The translations under genes were made by a program, and so were the position numbers. The notes under the pieces are model-generated. The model was given only the letters and a program-made list of their open reading frames with translations, had not been told where the DNA came from and ran no database searches. Source: a virus (taxonomy: Duplodnaviria; Caudoviricetes). Taken from it: a stretch of DNA of 50,544 bases. Shown here piece after piece: positions 29,215 through 38,729 of the stretch. The stretch lies in the IMG/VR virus record IMGVR_UViG_3300031786_000007, positions 1 to 50,544 of that record. One strand, given 5' to 3'. Position 1 is the stretch's first letter, and each line of letters starts with the position of its first letter.

Positions 29215-29652
29215 ATGCCAATTCTAGCAAAAAGCACAGGTAGAAATTTACCCGGCAGGGGACTAATCAATCCAGCGTTCACTATAAAAATAGTGCCTGC
29301 TACGGATGATATGCAGCAAAACCCTAGTACCGGTAGAGATAATCAAGTCAATGATTATTTAGATAATTTAAAAGTTGGAACAGACGTTATAGCAGACATG
29401 AAACATGGTGAAATCATGGGAACTGTTCAACGTATTGAGAAGAATGAACTTGGAGATGGTGTATTTGTTATCATTAAAGACAAGAAAGGAAAAGACTATA
29501 AAGTAGAAGGTAGTAGAATCAAAAGAGTTTCTAAACCTAGTGTAGATGATGATAAAGCTAGAGTGGTATCATCTCCTGCTCTTTTTGCAGAGTCTAAATT
29601 TTTGTCTTATGAAAGTTTTTCTAAAGCTGTATTAGAAAACAAATCTAAATAA
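29215..29652 (+). CDS. hypothetical late protein (SH3/KOW-like beta domain possible)
   Basis: 145-aa ORF; C-terminal FAESKFLSYESF resembles the capsid-targeting motif. Confidence 0.65.
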   Translation: MPILAKSTGRNLPGRGLINPAFTIKIVPATDDMQQNPSTGRDNQVNDYLDNLKVGTDVIADMKHGEIMGTVQRIEKNELGDGVFVIIKDKKGKDYKVEGSRIKRVSKPSVDDDKARVVSSPALFAESKFLSYESFSKAVLENKSK

Positions 29653-29672
29653 ACCATTTCTATTTTCTTTCT

Positions 29673-29918
29673 ATGACTAGCATCTTCCCATTAATAAAAA
29701 GATTCCAAGATATAAAAAAATCTCCAAATTCTGTGATATTGACAGAAGAGGTCACTATACATGAAAAATGTTTCAGAAGCGGAACAGTTTTTCAGATACT
29801 AGGTTGGAGAGAAATAAATGATAGAGCATATCTAGTTTTAGCCAAAGGAAGCTGGGAAGGTTTAACAGATTACGAAGATTTTTCTAAAAAAATCGAAGCT
29901 ATTGAAGGCATAGGATAA
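29673..29918 (+). CDS. hypothetical protein
   Basis: 81-aa ORF. Confidence 0.55.
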   Translation: MTSIFPLIKRFQDIKKSPNSVILTEEVTIHEKCFRSGTVFQILGWREINDRAYLVLAKGSWEGLTDYEDFSKKIEAIEGIG

Positions 29919-29952
29919 TTGTCAGGCATTATAAATATCATTCCTTTTTTGT

Positions 29953-29960
29953 TAAATTTG
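29953..29960 (+). promoter_or_regulatory. Bacteroidota-type -7 promoter element TAnnTTTG
   Basis: TTTGT-TAAATTTG 15 nt upstream of ATG 29976. Confidence 0.55.
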
Positions 29961-29975
29961 TAAAAAAGGAATATT

Positions 29976-30638
29976 ATGGACATACCTGTAACAGTTTTCC
30001 GAGGGTTAAGATTCACCTCGCCAAAAGAACAAACTACTTTAGAAAAAGTATTAAACGACATCAAATCCGATAAATGGAAAGATAGAGTTTTAAAATGTCA
30101 CAATGACATTAAGCACAAGGACTGGCTTCCTTGTTTCACTCCCACTGGTTCATTTACCCATAGGTCTATCAAAGGTTTAGAATACTATAATGGCATTATC
30201 TGTTTAGATATTGATCATGTAGAAAATCCATCCGACCTTAAACAAGAAGTCAAAAAACTTCCATGGGTTCATGCAGCATTCACTACACCATCTAGTAAAG
30301 GTCTAAAAGTTATTGTTCGAACTAATTCAACACCAGAAAATTACAGGAGAACGGAAGAAAAAGTTGCGGCAATGTTTAGAGATGCAGTTAATTTTGTTAG
30401 AGATAATCACTGTAAAGATATTGCTAGAATCCAGTTTATTTCTTACGATCCTGATCTGTATTATAATCCTGAGTCGGAAGTTATTGAACAGGAAAGAATG
30501 TCTCTCGAAGAAGCTTATAAAATTGCTGAAAAGAATAAAATGACTCATATTCTAGAAGATTTCTTAAAAGAGAGCCCAGGAATGGCAACAAGTGACATAA
30601 TCGAAGATTTTATGTTACATTATAATTTACGATCATGA
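29976..30638 (+). CDS. BT4734/BF3469-family (VirE N-terminal, AEP primase-polymerase-like) protein
   Basis: LPCFTPTGSF, GIICLDIDH, TPSSKGLKVIV, KDIARIQFISYDPDLYYN. Confidence 0.85.
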   Translation: MDIPVTVFRGLRFTSPKEQTTLEKVLNDIKSDKWKDRVLKCHNDIKHKDWLPCFTPTGSFTHRSIKGLEYYNGIICLDIDHVENPSDLKQEVKKLPWVHAAFTTPSSKGLKVIVRTNSTPENYRRTEEKVAAMFRDAVNFVRDNHCKDIARIQFISYDPDLYYNPESEVIEQERMSLEEAYKIAEKNKMTHILEDFLKESPGMATSDIIEDFMLHYNLRS

Positions 30639-31030
30639 TAAAAGTATTCGAAACCAATTTACTCAAGCCTATTGACAAAGAGTTAGTCAAAATAGCAGAT
30701 GAGTTTGGATATAAGGGTATTTCAGTTTGCGTGCTAGATCCTAAAATTAAACAGAGTATTTATTGGTCTACAACAAATGTAAAATTTTTGGTCGGAGAAC
30801 CTGATGAAAGAACTAAAAACAAAGGAAGAGATTCTGACGGTTGGCCAGGAGTGTGGAGAATTACAGAAAAACTTGGCGGAGGTGCAGGTTGTGGAAATCA
30901 TCAACAACGACAGTTAACTCATGACCATAAGTTTTCAGAAGTTTCTTATTTGAAAATAAAAGGCGTGTGGTACATATCAAATGGAATAGAAAATATAACA
31001 AAAAGTATTAACGAAAAATTTAATTTATGA
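30635..31030 (+). CDS. hypothetical protein with C-terminal KFNL
   Basis: 131-aa ORF coupled to neighbours by ATGA overlaps. Confidence 0.65.
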   Translation: MIKVFETNLLKPIDKELVKIADEFGYKGISVCVLDPKIKQSIYWSTTNVKFLVGEPDERTKNKGRDSDGWPGVWRITEKLGGGAGCGNHQQRQLTHDHKFSEVSYLKIKGVWYISNGIENITKSINEKFNL

Positions 31031-31935
31031 GTCTAAATTTAGGATATGCTTGTATCAATATGAACCTCTCAGAGAAAGGAATTTCTACTAATAGAGGTAT
31101 GATTAAGAAAACTTTCTTAACTAAAGGAAAAGATTATGCAGCAGATCTAGCTCTTAAAAATCTAGAAGATCTTAAAACTATTATAAAATGGAACTCTGAA
31201 AATGGTATATTCATATACAGAATGAGTTCATGTTTGTTCCCTTGGATGTCAGAATATGATTTTAAAGATCTTTATAACTATGATGCAATTTTGAAATCTT
31301 GTAAAGAAATTGGAAAATTAGCTAGCGATCATGGACAACGATTAAGTTTTCATCCCGGACATTTTGATATTCTAGCTACTAGCAACCCAGATGTTTTAAG
31401 AAGGACTGTTTTGGATCTTAATCAACATGCTCAGATCATGGATATGATGGAGCTCAGAGAAGATGGCTATAATACTATAAATATACACGTAGGTGGTGCT
31501 TATGGTGATAAAGCTTCTGCTTTGAAAAGATTCTGTGAAAATTTTGGTTTATTACAACTTAGTGCTAGAAAAAGGCTCACCGTTGAAAACGATGACAAAG
31601 CTAGTATGTATTCTGTTAATGACTTGTACAACGGTGTCTACAAAGAAATTAAAATACCAATTATTTTTGATTTCCATCATCATAGAATGTGTGACGGTGG
31701 TTTAACGGAGAGAGCTGCTCTCCAGCTTGCAGCCTCTACATGGCCCTCTGGAATTCGCCCCCTTACACATTATTCGAGTTCTAAGAAGCTTAATGAAGAT
31801 TCTAGCGTAAATCATCAAGCTCATGCAGAGTACTTATATGAACAAATAAATACTTACGGATTAGATATCGATATAGAACTAGAAGCTAAAGCAAAAGAAC
31901 TGGCATTAGTAAAATACAGAAAAGATTATGAATAA
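31027..31935 (+). CDS. uvsE: UV DNA damage endonuclease (UVDE)
   Basis: LGYACIN, YRMSS.LFP, RLSFHPGHF, INIHVGG, VENDDK, FDFHHH, ELEAKAKE. Confidence 0.95.
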   Translation: MSLNLGYACINMNLSEKGISTNRGMIKKTFLTKGKDYAADLALKNLEDLKTIIKWNSENGIFIYRMSSCLFPWMSEYDFKDLYNYDAILKSCKEIGKLASDHGQRLSFHPGHFDILATSNPDVLRRTVLDLNQHAQIMDMMELREDGYNTINIHVGGAYGDKASALKRFCENFGLLQLSARKRLTVENDDKASMYSVNDLYNGVYKEIKIPIIFDFHHHRMCDGGLTERAALQLAASTWPSGIRPLTHYSSSKKLNEDSSVNHQAHAEYLYEQINTYGLDIDIELEAKAKELALVKYRKDYE

Positions 31936-32122
31936 AAAAGAAGAAATTGTAAAGATTGTTGAAGAATTAAAAGATGACAAGATTACAGTAGATGAAGCTG
32001 AGCAATTGTTATTAGATTTATTTAAAGCCTCTAAAACAAGATGGAGAGGATATTGCAGTTCAGAAACATTAACAGGAAAAAGATGTAAAGAGTTATGTGA
32101 TAAATCTCAATGCGGATGGTAA
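31928..32122 (+). CDS. small hypothetical protein
   Basis: 64-aa ORF with C-terminal Cys cluster. Confidence 0.55.
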   Translation: MNKKEEIVKIVEELKDDKITVDEAEQLLLDLFKASKTRWRGYCSSETLTGKRCKELCDKSQCGW

Positions 32123-32152
32123 CAAAATAGAGATTATTTGTTATTTTTATAC

Positions 32153-32713
32153 ATGAATATTTTTGTTTTAGATACTGACGTAAAAAAATGTGCAGCTTAT
32201 CATTGCGATCGTCATTTAATTAAAATGATCACTGAGCATAACCAAATACTTGGATCTATAGCACACACATCCAGAGGAATTAGTAAAAAGTCTGAAATTA
32301 CTCCTGAATACATTATTGAAAATTTTAAAGGATTTCCACGTGTCAATGAAAATAGAGATATTTCTCCATACGGAATAGGATATAAAACTCATCCTTGTAC
32401 TCAATGGGCTAAAGCTAGTTCACAGAATTATGAATGGGTATGTTCTTTAACAGAAGAGATGTGTAAAGAATACACTCGTAGGTATAAAAAGATTCATGCC
32501 GGAGAAGCTGTAATTAACTGGTACAGATATCATCAACCTCAATTACCTAGTCATGGCATGACACCGTTTGCTCAAGCTATGCCAGAATACCTTAAATCAG
32601 AAAATGCTGTACATTCGTATAGGTTATATTACGTAAAGCATAAGTCTAATTTTGCTACCTGGAAAAACGGAGAACCTGAATGGTGGAACAAATACATGTT
32701 ATTGGAAGTATAA
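32153..32713 (+). CDS. pyrimidine-dimer DNA glycosylase / endonuclease V-like family protein
   Basis: start moved to ATG 32153; MNIFVLD, HCDRHLIKM, HPCTQWA, EYTRRYKKIH, FAQAMP, YRLYY. Confidence 0.8.
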   Translation: MNIFVLDTDVKKCAAYHCDRHLIKMITEHNQILGSIAHTSRGISKKSEITPEYIIENFKGFPRVNENRDISPYGIGYKTHPCTQWAKASSQNYEWVCSLTEEMCKEYTRRYKKIHAGEAVINWYRYHQPQLPSHGMTPFAQAMPEYLKSENAVHSYRLYYVKHKSNFATWKNGEPEWWNKYMLLEV

Positions 32714-32731
32714 ATTTCCATACAGATAACT

Positions 32732-32762
32732 AAAAAACCTGAGAAGCTTCTCAGGTTTTTTT
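32732..32762 (+). terminator. intrinsic terminator
   Basis: AAAAAACCTGAGAAGCTTCTCAGGTTTTTTT perfect inverted repeat. Confidence 0.88.
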
Positions 32763-32794
32763 ATGCTTACTTGAGTAGTTTTCATTAGTGAAAA

Positions 32795-32803
32795 GATATA
32801 TAG
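32795..32803 (+). promoter_or_regulatory. putative late promoter GATATATAG
   Basis: recurrent motif 17 nt upstream of ATG 32821. Confidence 0.72.
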
Positions 32804-32820
32804 AAGAAAAACAAGGTATC

Positions 32821-33267
32821 ATGAAACATGACATCAATAAATTTTCTTTTGCACAGCTAACATCAAATAACAACGGAAAAACATCCGGAAGCGGAACTAT
32901 GGGAGTGCTTATAACTACTATCGGTACATTATGTTTTATTCTAGGATGTATAGATAAAGTATTCATAAATCAGGATACAGATGTTATTACACAATCTATA
33001 GTATTTGTAGGTATTGGAACAGCTTTATTAGCTCACAGAAATCATATTCGAAGAAGTGAAGAAGTGATAGTTTCACAAATTGATAGTGCAGTCAATGACC
33101 AAATTACCGATGCAGTGACACAATCAAATAATGTTTCTACACCTGTTGCTCTGACTACTCCTATTGCAGATACTACACCACCTGTTCAACAAAATGCTAC
33201 ACCAGAAGCTAAAATTTGTGCTACATGTGGAAATCCAACATGTGGATGTAACGTTTTAAATTCTTGA
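32821..33267 (+). CDS. two-TM late membrane protein (holin-like architecture)
   Basis: start moved to ATG 32821; NNNGKTSGSG then two TM helices; C-terminal CATC..PTCGC. Confidence 0.55.
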   Translation: MKHDINKFSFAQLTSNNNGKTSGSGTMGVLITTIGTLCFILGCIDKVFINQDTDVITQSIVFVGIGTALLAHRNHIRRSEEVIVSQIDSAVNDQITDAVTQSNNVSTPVALTTPIADTTPPVQQNATPEAKICATCGNPTCGCNVLNS

Positions 33268-33337
33268 GAAAAATCTGAAAACTCACAAATATATAGTAAT
33301 AGAAAAGGACCTTTGAGAAAAGGCTTATTTTGTAGTT

Positions 33338-33346
33338 GATATATAG
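33338..33346 (+). promoter_or_regulatory. putative late promoter GATATATAG (tandem with AATATATAG at 33288-33296)
   Basis: upstream of protease/capsid operon. Confidence 0.75.
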
Positions 33347-33363
33347 AAAAATCCAAACGGAAA

Positions 33364-35211
33364 ATGAATAATGACAAGAAACTAGTTTTAATCCTTGAAA
33401 GATCTTCAGCAAACCTGGACATCACTAAGGACGGTAACGAGATAGTTCTAGAGGGCATTTTTGCACAATTCGGTGTTGTAAATAACAACGATAGAATTTA
33501 TGAAGAGGACGAATACCTTCCTCACCTTGACTATCTTACAAAGAAAATCAAGGATAAAAGACTTTTAGGTGAGTTAGATCACCCTGAAAAGTTTGACGTT
33601 TCTCTTAGCAAAGTCTCTCACGTCATTGAAAAACTTGAATATGACAAAGAAAAAAGACAAGTTCGAGGAAGAGTAAGATTATTAGATACTCCTTCTGGAA
33701 GAATTGCTAAAGAACTTGTAGAAGGTGGAGTTCCTGTTGCAATTTCATCTAGAGCCGCAGGTCTTGTAGAGTCTAACAAGAAAGTAAAAATCAAAAAAAT
33801 CTTCACATACGATTTAGTAGCTGATCCAGGGTTTGAGAACGCAGTTCTCACCAAAATGAACGAGAGTTTAGGTATCATCAACGAAAACGTAGCAATTTAC
33901 GACGTTTCTAATAGCTATCCTGATCTATTGGAAGATTTAGAAGATAAAACAACATCAAAAGATAAAAATAGTTCAGATAATATGGAATATGTTACTTCAG
34001 AAGAACTGAATACGTATTCTTTGATCTTAAAAGAAGAGGTCGAAGAAATCCACAGAAAACTTGCTACACTTTCGGAAAACTCTGAATTGGCCGGAAAAAT
34101 CCACGAAATGGGAGAAACTATTGAAAAAATGCAAAATTTTGTAGATAGTTTAGCAACTACGGTTGATTCTTCTATTAAGTATGGTGATTATGTAGCTGAA
34201 AAACTTGATAAAGTTATTGACTATACAGATTATGTAGCAAAAACTTTGGATGAAAGTATCCAGTATTCTAATTATATCGCAGAAAAAACTGATAAATCTA
34301 TTCAGTATGGAGAGTATTTAAAAGAGCAAATTGAAAAAGGAATTGCTTATAGCGAGTACTTAAAAGAATGTTTAGAAAAAAGTGTTTCTTACACTGAATA
34401 TGTAGCTGAAAAAGCTGATAAAACTATCCAGTATTCAGAGTACGTTGCTGAACAAGCATCTAAAGGAATTGCTTATACAGAATATGTTGCTGAACAAGCA
34501 ACTAAAGAATTAGAGACTTTAACTGAAAAAGCTAATAACGCAATTAAATATTCAGAATATATTGGAGAAAACTTAAACGATACTATCCAATACGCTGATT
34601 ATTTAGGCGAATCTCTTAACAAAGGAATTGCATATACTGAATATGTAGGAGAGCAAACACAAAGTTTAGCTGACTACACAGAATTTATGTTAAACGAATC
34701 TGGAAATGCTCCAGTAAAAACTGAACCTGTAAAGAATACAGATTACAATTCTTTAACTGGTAAAGTTGATCAATTACTAGAATCTATTCAAAAACAAAAA
34801 ATAGATGATGCTGATTTATCAATCAATGAAGCTAGAAAACAAAAAGTTTCAGAAGGATTAGATGGTCGCAACCAAAAGACAACCGGATCTGCATTAAGAA
34901 GTTTAATCGGTGAATCTAACACAGAAATCATAGAAGATAAATGGTTAACAGAAGCTCCTGAAGAGTATAAAACTTTATGGGAATCTCTTGAACCAACTAT
35001 CAAAGCGCAAATCAATGCACAATCTAAGTTTTACAAGTTAGAAAGCGATTATCAAATTAAAAACTTCTGGCAAACTCGTAACCTTAATGCATCTTCAACA
35101 TTTGCATCGGTAAATGAAAATGTTAATACTAACAATTCAATGCCAACATTAGGTTATAGTGAAGCTTACTTAGAAGCTATTAAGAATAACTTAAGCAGAT
35201 TTAACAAATAA
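33364..35211 (+). CDS. prohead protease (gp21-like) fused to scaffold/core domain
   Basis: LEGIF, NNNDRIY, LLGELDHP, LLDTPSG, ISSRAAG, TYDLVADPGF; central coiled-coil repeats; directly upstream of MCP. Confidence 0.9.
   Translation: MNNDKKLVLILERSSANLDITKDGNEIVLEGIFAQFGVVNNNDRIYEEDEYLPHLDYLTKKIKDKRLLGELDHPEKFDVSLSKVSHVIEKLEYDKEKRQVRGRVRLLDTPSGRIAKELVEGGVPVAISSRAAGLVESNKKVKIKKIFTYDLVADPGFENAVLTKMNESLGIINENVAIYDVSNSYPDLLEDLEDKTTSKDKNSSDNMEYVTSEELNTYSLILKEEVEEIHRKLATLSENSELAGKIHEMGETIEKMQNFVDSLATTVDSSIKYGDYVAEKLDKVIDYTDYVAKTLDESIQYSNYIAEKTDKSIQYGEYLKEQIEKGIAYSEYLKECLEKSVSYTEYVAEKADKTIQYSEYVAEQASKGIAYTEYVAEQATKELETLTEKANNAIKYSEYIGENLNDTIQYADYLGESLNKGIAYTEYVGEQTQSLADYTEFMLNESGNAPVKTEPVKNTDYNSLTGKVDQLLESIQKQKIDDADLSINEARKQKVSEGLDGRNQKTTGSALRSLIGESNTEIIEDKWLTEAPEEYKTLWESLEPTIKAQINAQSKFYKLESDYQIKNFWQTRNLNASSTFASVNENVNTNNSMPTLGYSEAYLEAIKNNLSRFNK
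34171..34700 (+). repeat. 14-aa Y-x-E-Y-V-A-E coiled-coil repeats (~12 copies)
   Basis: SIKYGDYVAE, VIDYTDYVAK, SIQYSNYIAE, GIAYSEYLKE, GIAYTEYVAE etc. at 42-nt period. Confidence 0.9.
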
Positions 35212-35237
35212 TTTTAAACTAAAAAAATAGAATAGCG

Positions 35238-36908
35238 ATGCATATTAATGAATCACAAATTTTTGAAACATGGGCTCCAATTATCGAGTCTAAAACAGGG
35301 ATCAATGAATCTACTAAACTAGGATGGTTATCTAAATATTGCCACTACCATAGTTTAAATGAATCTTTCAACGGATCTTACGCTCAAGTAGGTGTTCCAC
35401 CAGCTGGAAACTTAGGAGGGTTAATGGGTAACGTATCTACTCCAGGTGCAAACTTAGGTGTATACGGTGACCAAGGATCTGGTGATAAATTCCCATCTTT
35501 ATTACCTTTAGCAATTCAAGTTGCTGCAAGAACTATCGGTTTTGATATCGTTAACGTTATCCCAATGTCTGGACCAACAGGTGTTCTTACATACTTGGAT
35601 TATGTTTATGCAGGTGGTAATCTTGATACAAACATTAAGCCTACATTAATTAAATTAAGCACTACTACTGCTTTCACTTCAAGTGTTGCTGCTGGTGCTG
35701 ATTATCAATTAGGTACTACAACTTCTTATTTATCTTTGAAATTTGTAGGATACTCAAGAATTGATGGACAACCAATCTTCCGTGTAACTAACGCAGATAG
35801 TGGTACTGCTCCAACAATCGCTGCAGCTGCTGCTACAGGTGGTTTAGTTGCTGGTCTTACTTCAACTGGTGCTTCTGCATTCGGTGGTATTACTCCTTCT
35901 TTAGTTAAAGCACTTGAAGATCATATTCAAGGTTTTGCTGGTTCAGGTGATACTGATTCTAATGCTTTTGCAGGACCATACGCAAATGGTACAGATGAAG
36001 CTGGTGCAATGCAAAGAGGTACAGGTGAGAACAATTATTACCGTCAAATGGGTCTTAAAGCTTATACAAAATTTGTTGAAGCTAAGACTTTCCAAGTTGC
36101 TGCTTCAGTTACTACTGAGCAAATCCAAGACCTTAACAAACAATACGGTATCGATGTAGTTTCTATGATCGAGAACGCATTAGTTAATGAGGTTTCACAA
36201 TCTATCAACAAAAACATCCTTTCTAAAGCATTCTCTTTAGGATGGTTGAATAACTTCCAAATGAACAAATCTGAAGGTGTTACTCTTAACATGACTTTAG
36301 ACCCATCTTTAGGTTCTGCAGGTTCTGCTACTTACCTTGTTCCAGATGCATCATCTACACCTCTTGGAACTGCTACAGTTGCTATTCCTGTTCCTGTATT
36401 CTCTGCTTTTGCTGGAACTGGTGGTGTTACTAACGAAAACTTGTACACTGTACAAAGAAGAATCTTATCTAAGATCCTTGCTGCTGGTAACGTTATTGCA
36501 CAAAGAGGTAGAAGAGGTCCAGCTAACTTTGTTGTTACTAACTTACAATTAGCTACTGCTATCCAAGACAACGCACAATTCACAGCTGCTCCTTTAACTA
36601 ACGCTATCAACCAAAACAACGGTTCATTATATCCAGTTGGAACTATCGCTGGTATGACTGTATACGTAGATCCTAACATGAGATACGATGATACAAGAAT
36701 CCTTGTAGGTAGAAAAGGTGCTGATGAAGAGCCAGGATTGAAATTCATGCCTTACATGATGGCTGAATCTATTCAAACTATAGCTGAAGGTACAATGTCT
36801 CCGAAAATTGCTGTAAAATCAAGATACGCTCTTGTTGAAGCAGGTCAATTACCACAGACACAGTACTATACAATTCACGTTAGAGTTGGTGGTATTTCTA
36901 TCATCTAA
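35238..36908 (+). CDS. major capsid protein (T4 gp23-like)
   Basis: VIPMSGPTG, EVSQSINKNI, GRRGPANFVV, GTIAGMTVYVDP, FMPY, PKIAVKSRYALV; several I/L-N-E-S processing sites at N-terminus. Confidence 0.95.
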   Translation: MHINESQIFETWAPIIESKTGINESTKLGWLSKYCHYHSLNESFNGSYAQVGVPPAGNLGGLMGNVSTPGANLGVYGDQGSGDKFPSLLPLAIQVAARTIGFDIVNVIPMSGPTGVLTYLDYVYAGGNLDTNIKPTLIKLSTTTAFTSSVAAGADYQLGTTTSYLSLKFVGYSRIDGQPIFRVTNADSGTAPTIAAAAATGGLVAGLTSTGASAFGGITPSLVKALEDHIQGFAGSGDTDSNAFAGPYANGTDEAGAMQRGTGENNYYRQMGLKAYTKFVEAKTFQVAASVTTEQIQDLNKQYGIDVVSMIENALVNEVSQSINKNILSKAFSLGWLNNFQMNKSEGVTLNMTLDPSLGSAGSATYLVPDASSTPLGTATVAIPVPVFSAFAGTGGVTNENLYTVQRRILSKILAAGNVIAQRGRRGPANFVVTNLQLATAIQDNAQFTAAPLTNAINQNNGSLYPVGTIAGMTVYVDPNMRYDDTRILVGRKGADEEPGLKFMPYMMAESIQTIAEGTMSPKIAVKSRYALVEAGQLPQTQYYTIHVRVGGISII

Positions 36909-36927
36909 TAGAAAATAAAATAATTTC

Positions 36928-36961
36928 AAAGAGGCTGATGATATCATCAGCCTCTTTTTTT
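36928..36961 (+). terminator. intrinsic terminator after MCP
   Basis: AAAGAGGCTGATG-ATAT-CATCAGCCTCTTTTTT. Confidence 0.9.
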
Positions 36962-37004
36962 GAACTATTGCATCATTTTTATATATAGAATAAATATATG
37001 AGAC

Positions 37005-38711
37005 ATGGATCTATCAACTCTTAGAAATAACATTACACAAAAACGTATAGACAATAAAAATATAATCTCTGAATTTAACGAACTTAAGAGAAATAAAAAA
37101 CTTTTAGAAGAAGTTTCATTACTATTTCCATTTATAGATGTTTCAGACGTTGGTAAACTTTTGTATCATTTAAGAGACAATTTAAGTGTTCAAAAATGTA
37201 ACTGTGGAAAAGAAAAAAAGTTTATTTCTTTTAGTAAAGGATATTTTAAAACATGTGGAAACAAAAAATGTGTAGACGATACTCGGTTAAATTCAATTAA
37301 AGAAACAACCAAAGAAAAATATGGTGTAGAGCATACATCACAATTAGAGACTACTAAGAAAAAGCATAAACAAACTATGACTGGCAAATATGGTTGCAGT
37401 CATAATTTTACAGGTAAACTAAGAGATGCTATATATGAAAAAAATGAAAAGGAATGGGGAGTAAAACATGCTTTACAACGAAAAGAATCTAAATTGAAAA
37501 AAGAAGAGACTATGTTAAATAGATACGGTTCTTTAGATATGTTCTCTAATGAAAAAACGATAAAAACTAACATAGAAAAATATGGGAATAAAAATCCCAT
37601 GAAATCTGAAGAAATTGCTAATAAAGTATCAGAGTCTTTAAAAAGAACATTTACACATAGACAAATAGAAAAATTGCACAAATTTGATATACTATTATTA
37701 GAGTATAATAATCTAAATCAATATTATAATGTGTTATGTAATAAATGTAATATTGAATCTGTAGTTGCTGGCGCTACAATGAATTCTAAGTTAAGATCTG
37801 ATGTATCTCCTTGTCCAATATGCAACCCTTATATACCTTCTTATGTTTCAAATTTAGAAATAGAATTTAAAGAATGGTTACAAAGCTTGGGTGAAATATT
37901 GCAATCATCTGTTAAAACTATAGTTCCTAAAAATGAATTAGATATTTATTTACCAAACAGAAAAATCGGATTTGAGTTTAATGGAATTTATTGGCATTCT
38001 GAGCTATACAAAGATTGCAATTATCATTATAAAAAATCTATGAAATTTTTGGAAAAAGGTGTAAAGATTTTTCATATATGGGAAGATGATTGGGTAGAAA
38101 AAAAAGAGATCGTCAAGAAACGCATACTTTCATTATTAAATAAGTCTGAAAAAACTGACGCTAGGAAATGTGAAATATTAAGTATAGATTTTAAAACAGC
38201 TTCAAAGTTTATAAATGACAATCATTTAGATGGGAACTTTAAAGCTAAAATATATCTAGGAGCTTATGAAAATGAGAAGCTAATAGGAGTGATGTCTTTT
38301 TCTCATTCAAGATTTAGTAAAAATAAAGATGAATGGGAAATTATAAGATTTTGCACTTCAAAAAATGTAAGAGGTTTAGCTTCTAAATTTATATCTAGAT
38401 TTAAAAAAATTATAGATCCTAATAAAATTATATCTTTTTCAAAAATAGATTGGAATTCTTCTTATGAAAATTCAGTATATTACAAAATAGGGTTTTCATT
38501 AGATAGTATATCCCCTCCTTCTTCTTATTGGAATATAAACGGAAAACGAATACATAGGCTCAATTTTATTAAAAGCAAAATATCCAATGAAGAAAATAAA
38601 CACATGAGTGCTGTGGAAATAATGCATAGTAAAAATTATTACAGAGTATGGGATTGTGGAAATTGGAAATTTAGTTGGAATAAAAGTTTATGTGACGCAA
38701 AAGATATATAG
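37005..38711 (+). mobile_element. free-standing homing endonuclease-like gene (Hef/Vsr-like PD-(D/E)XK domain, KYG repeats, C-terminal GNAT/Mom-like domain)
   Basis: EKYGV/GKYG/RYG repeats; CNKC..CPIC; ELDIYLP..GFEFNGIYWHS, HIWEDDW; ARKC..NHL.G..IGVMSF..WEIIRFC..YYKIGF; visibly more AT-rich than neighbours; inserted right after MCP terminator. Confidence 0.75.
38703..38711 (+). promoter_or_regulatory. putative late promoter GATATATAG
   Basis: overlaps upstream stop codon; 18 nt before ATG 38730. Confidence 0.72.
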
Positions 38712-38729
38712 ATAAACAAGAAAAACGTA

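Noticed and set aside
34171-34700. 42-nt periodic DNA repeats as CRISPR or DGR-like array
   Set aside because: Degenerate at synonymous positions and fully explained by protein repeats; no reverse transcriptase in the window
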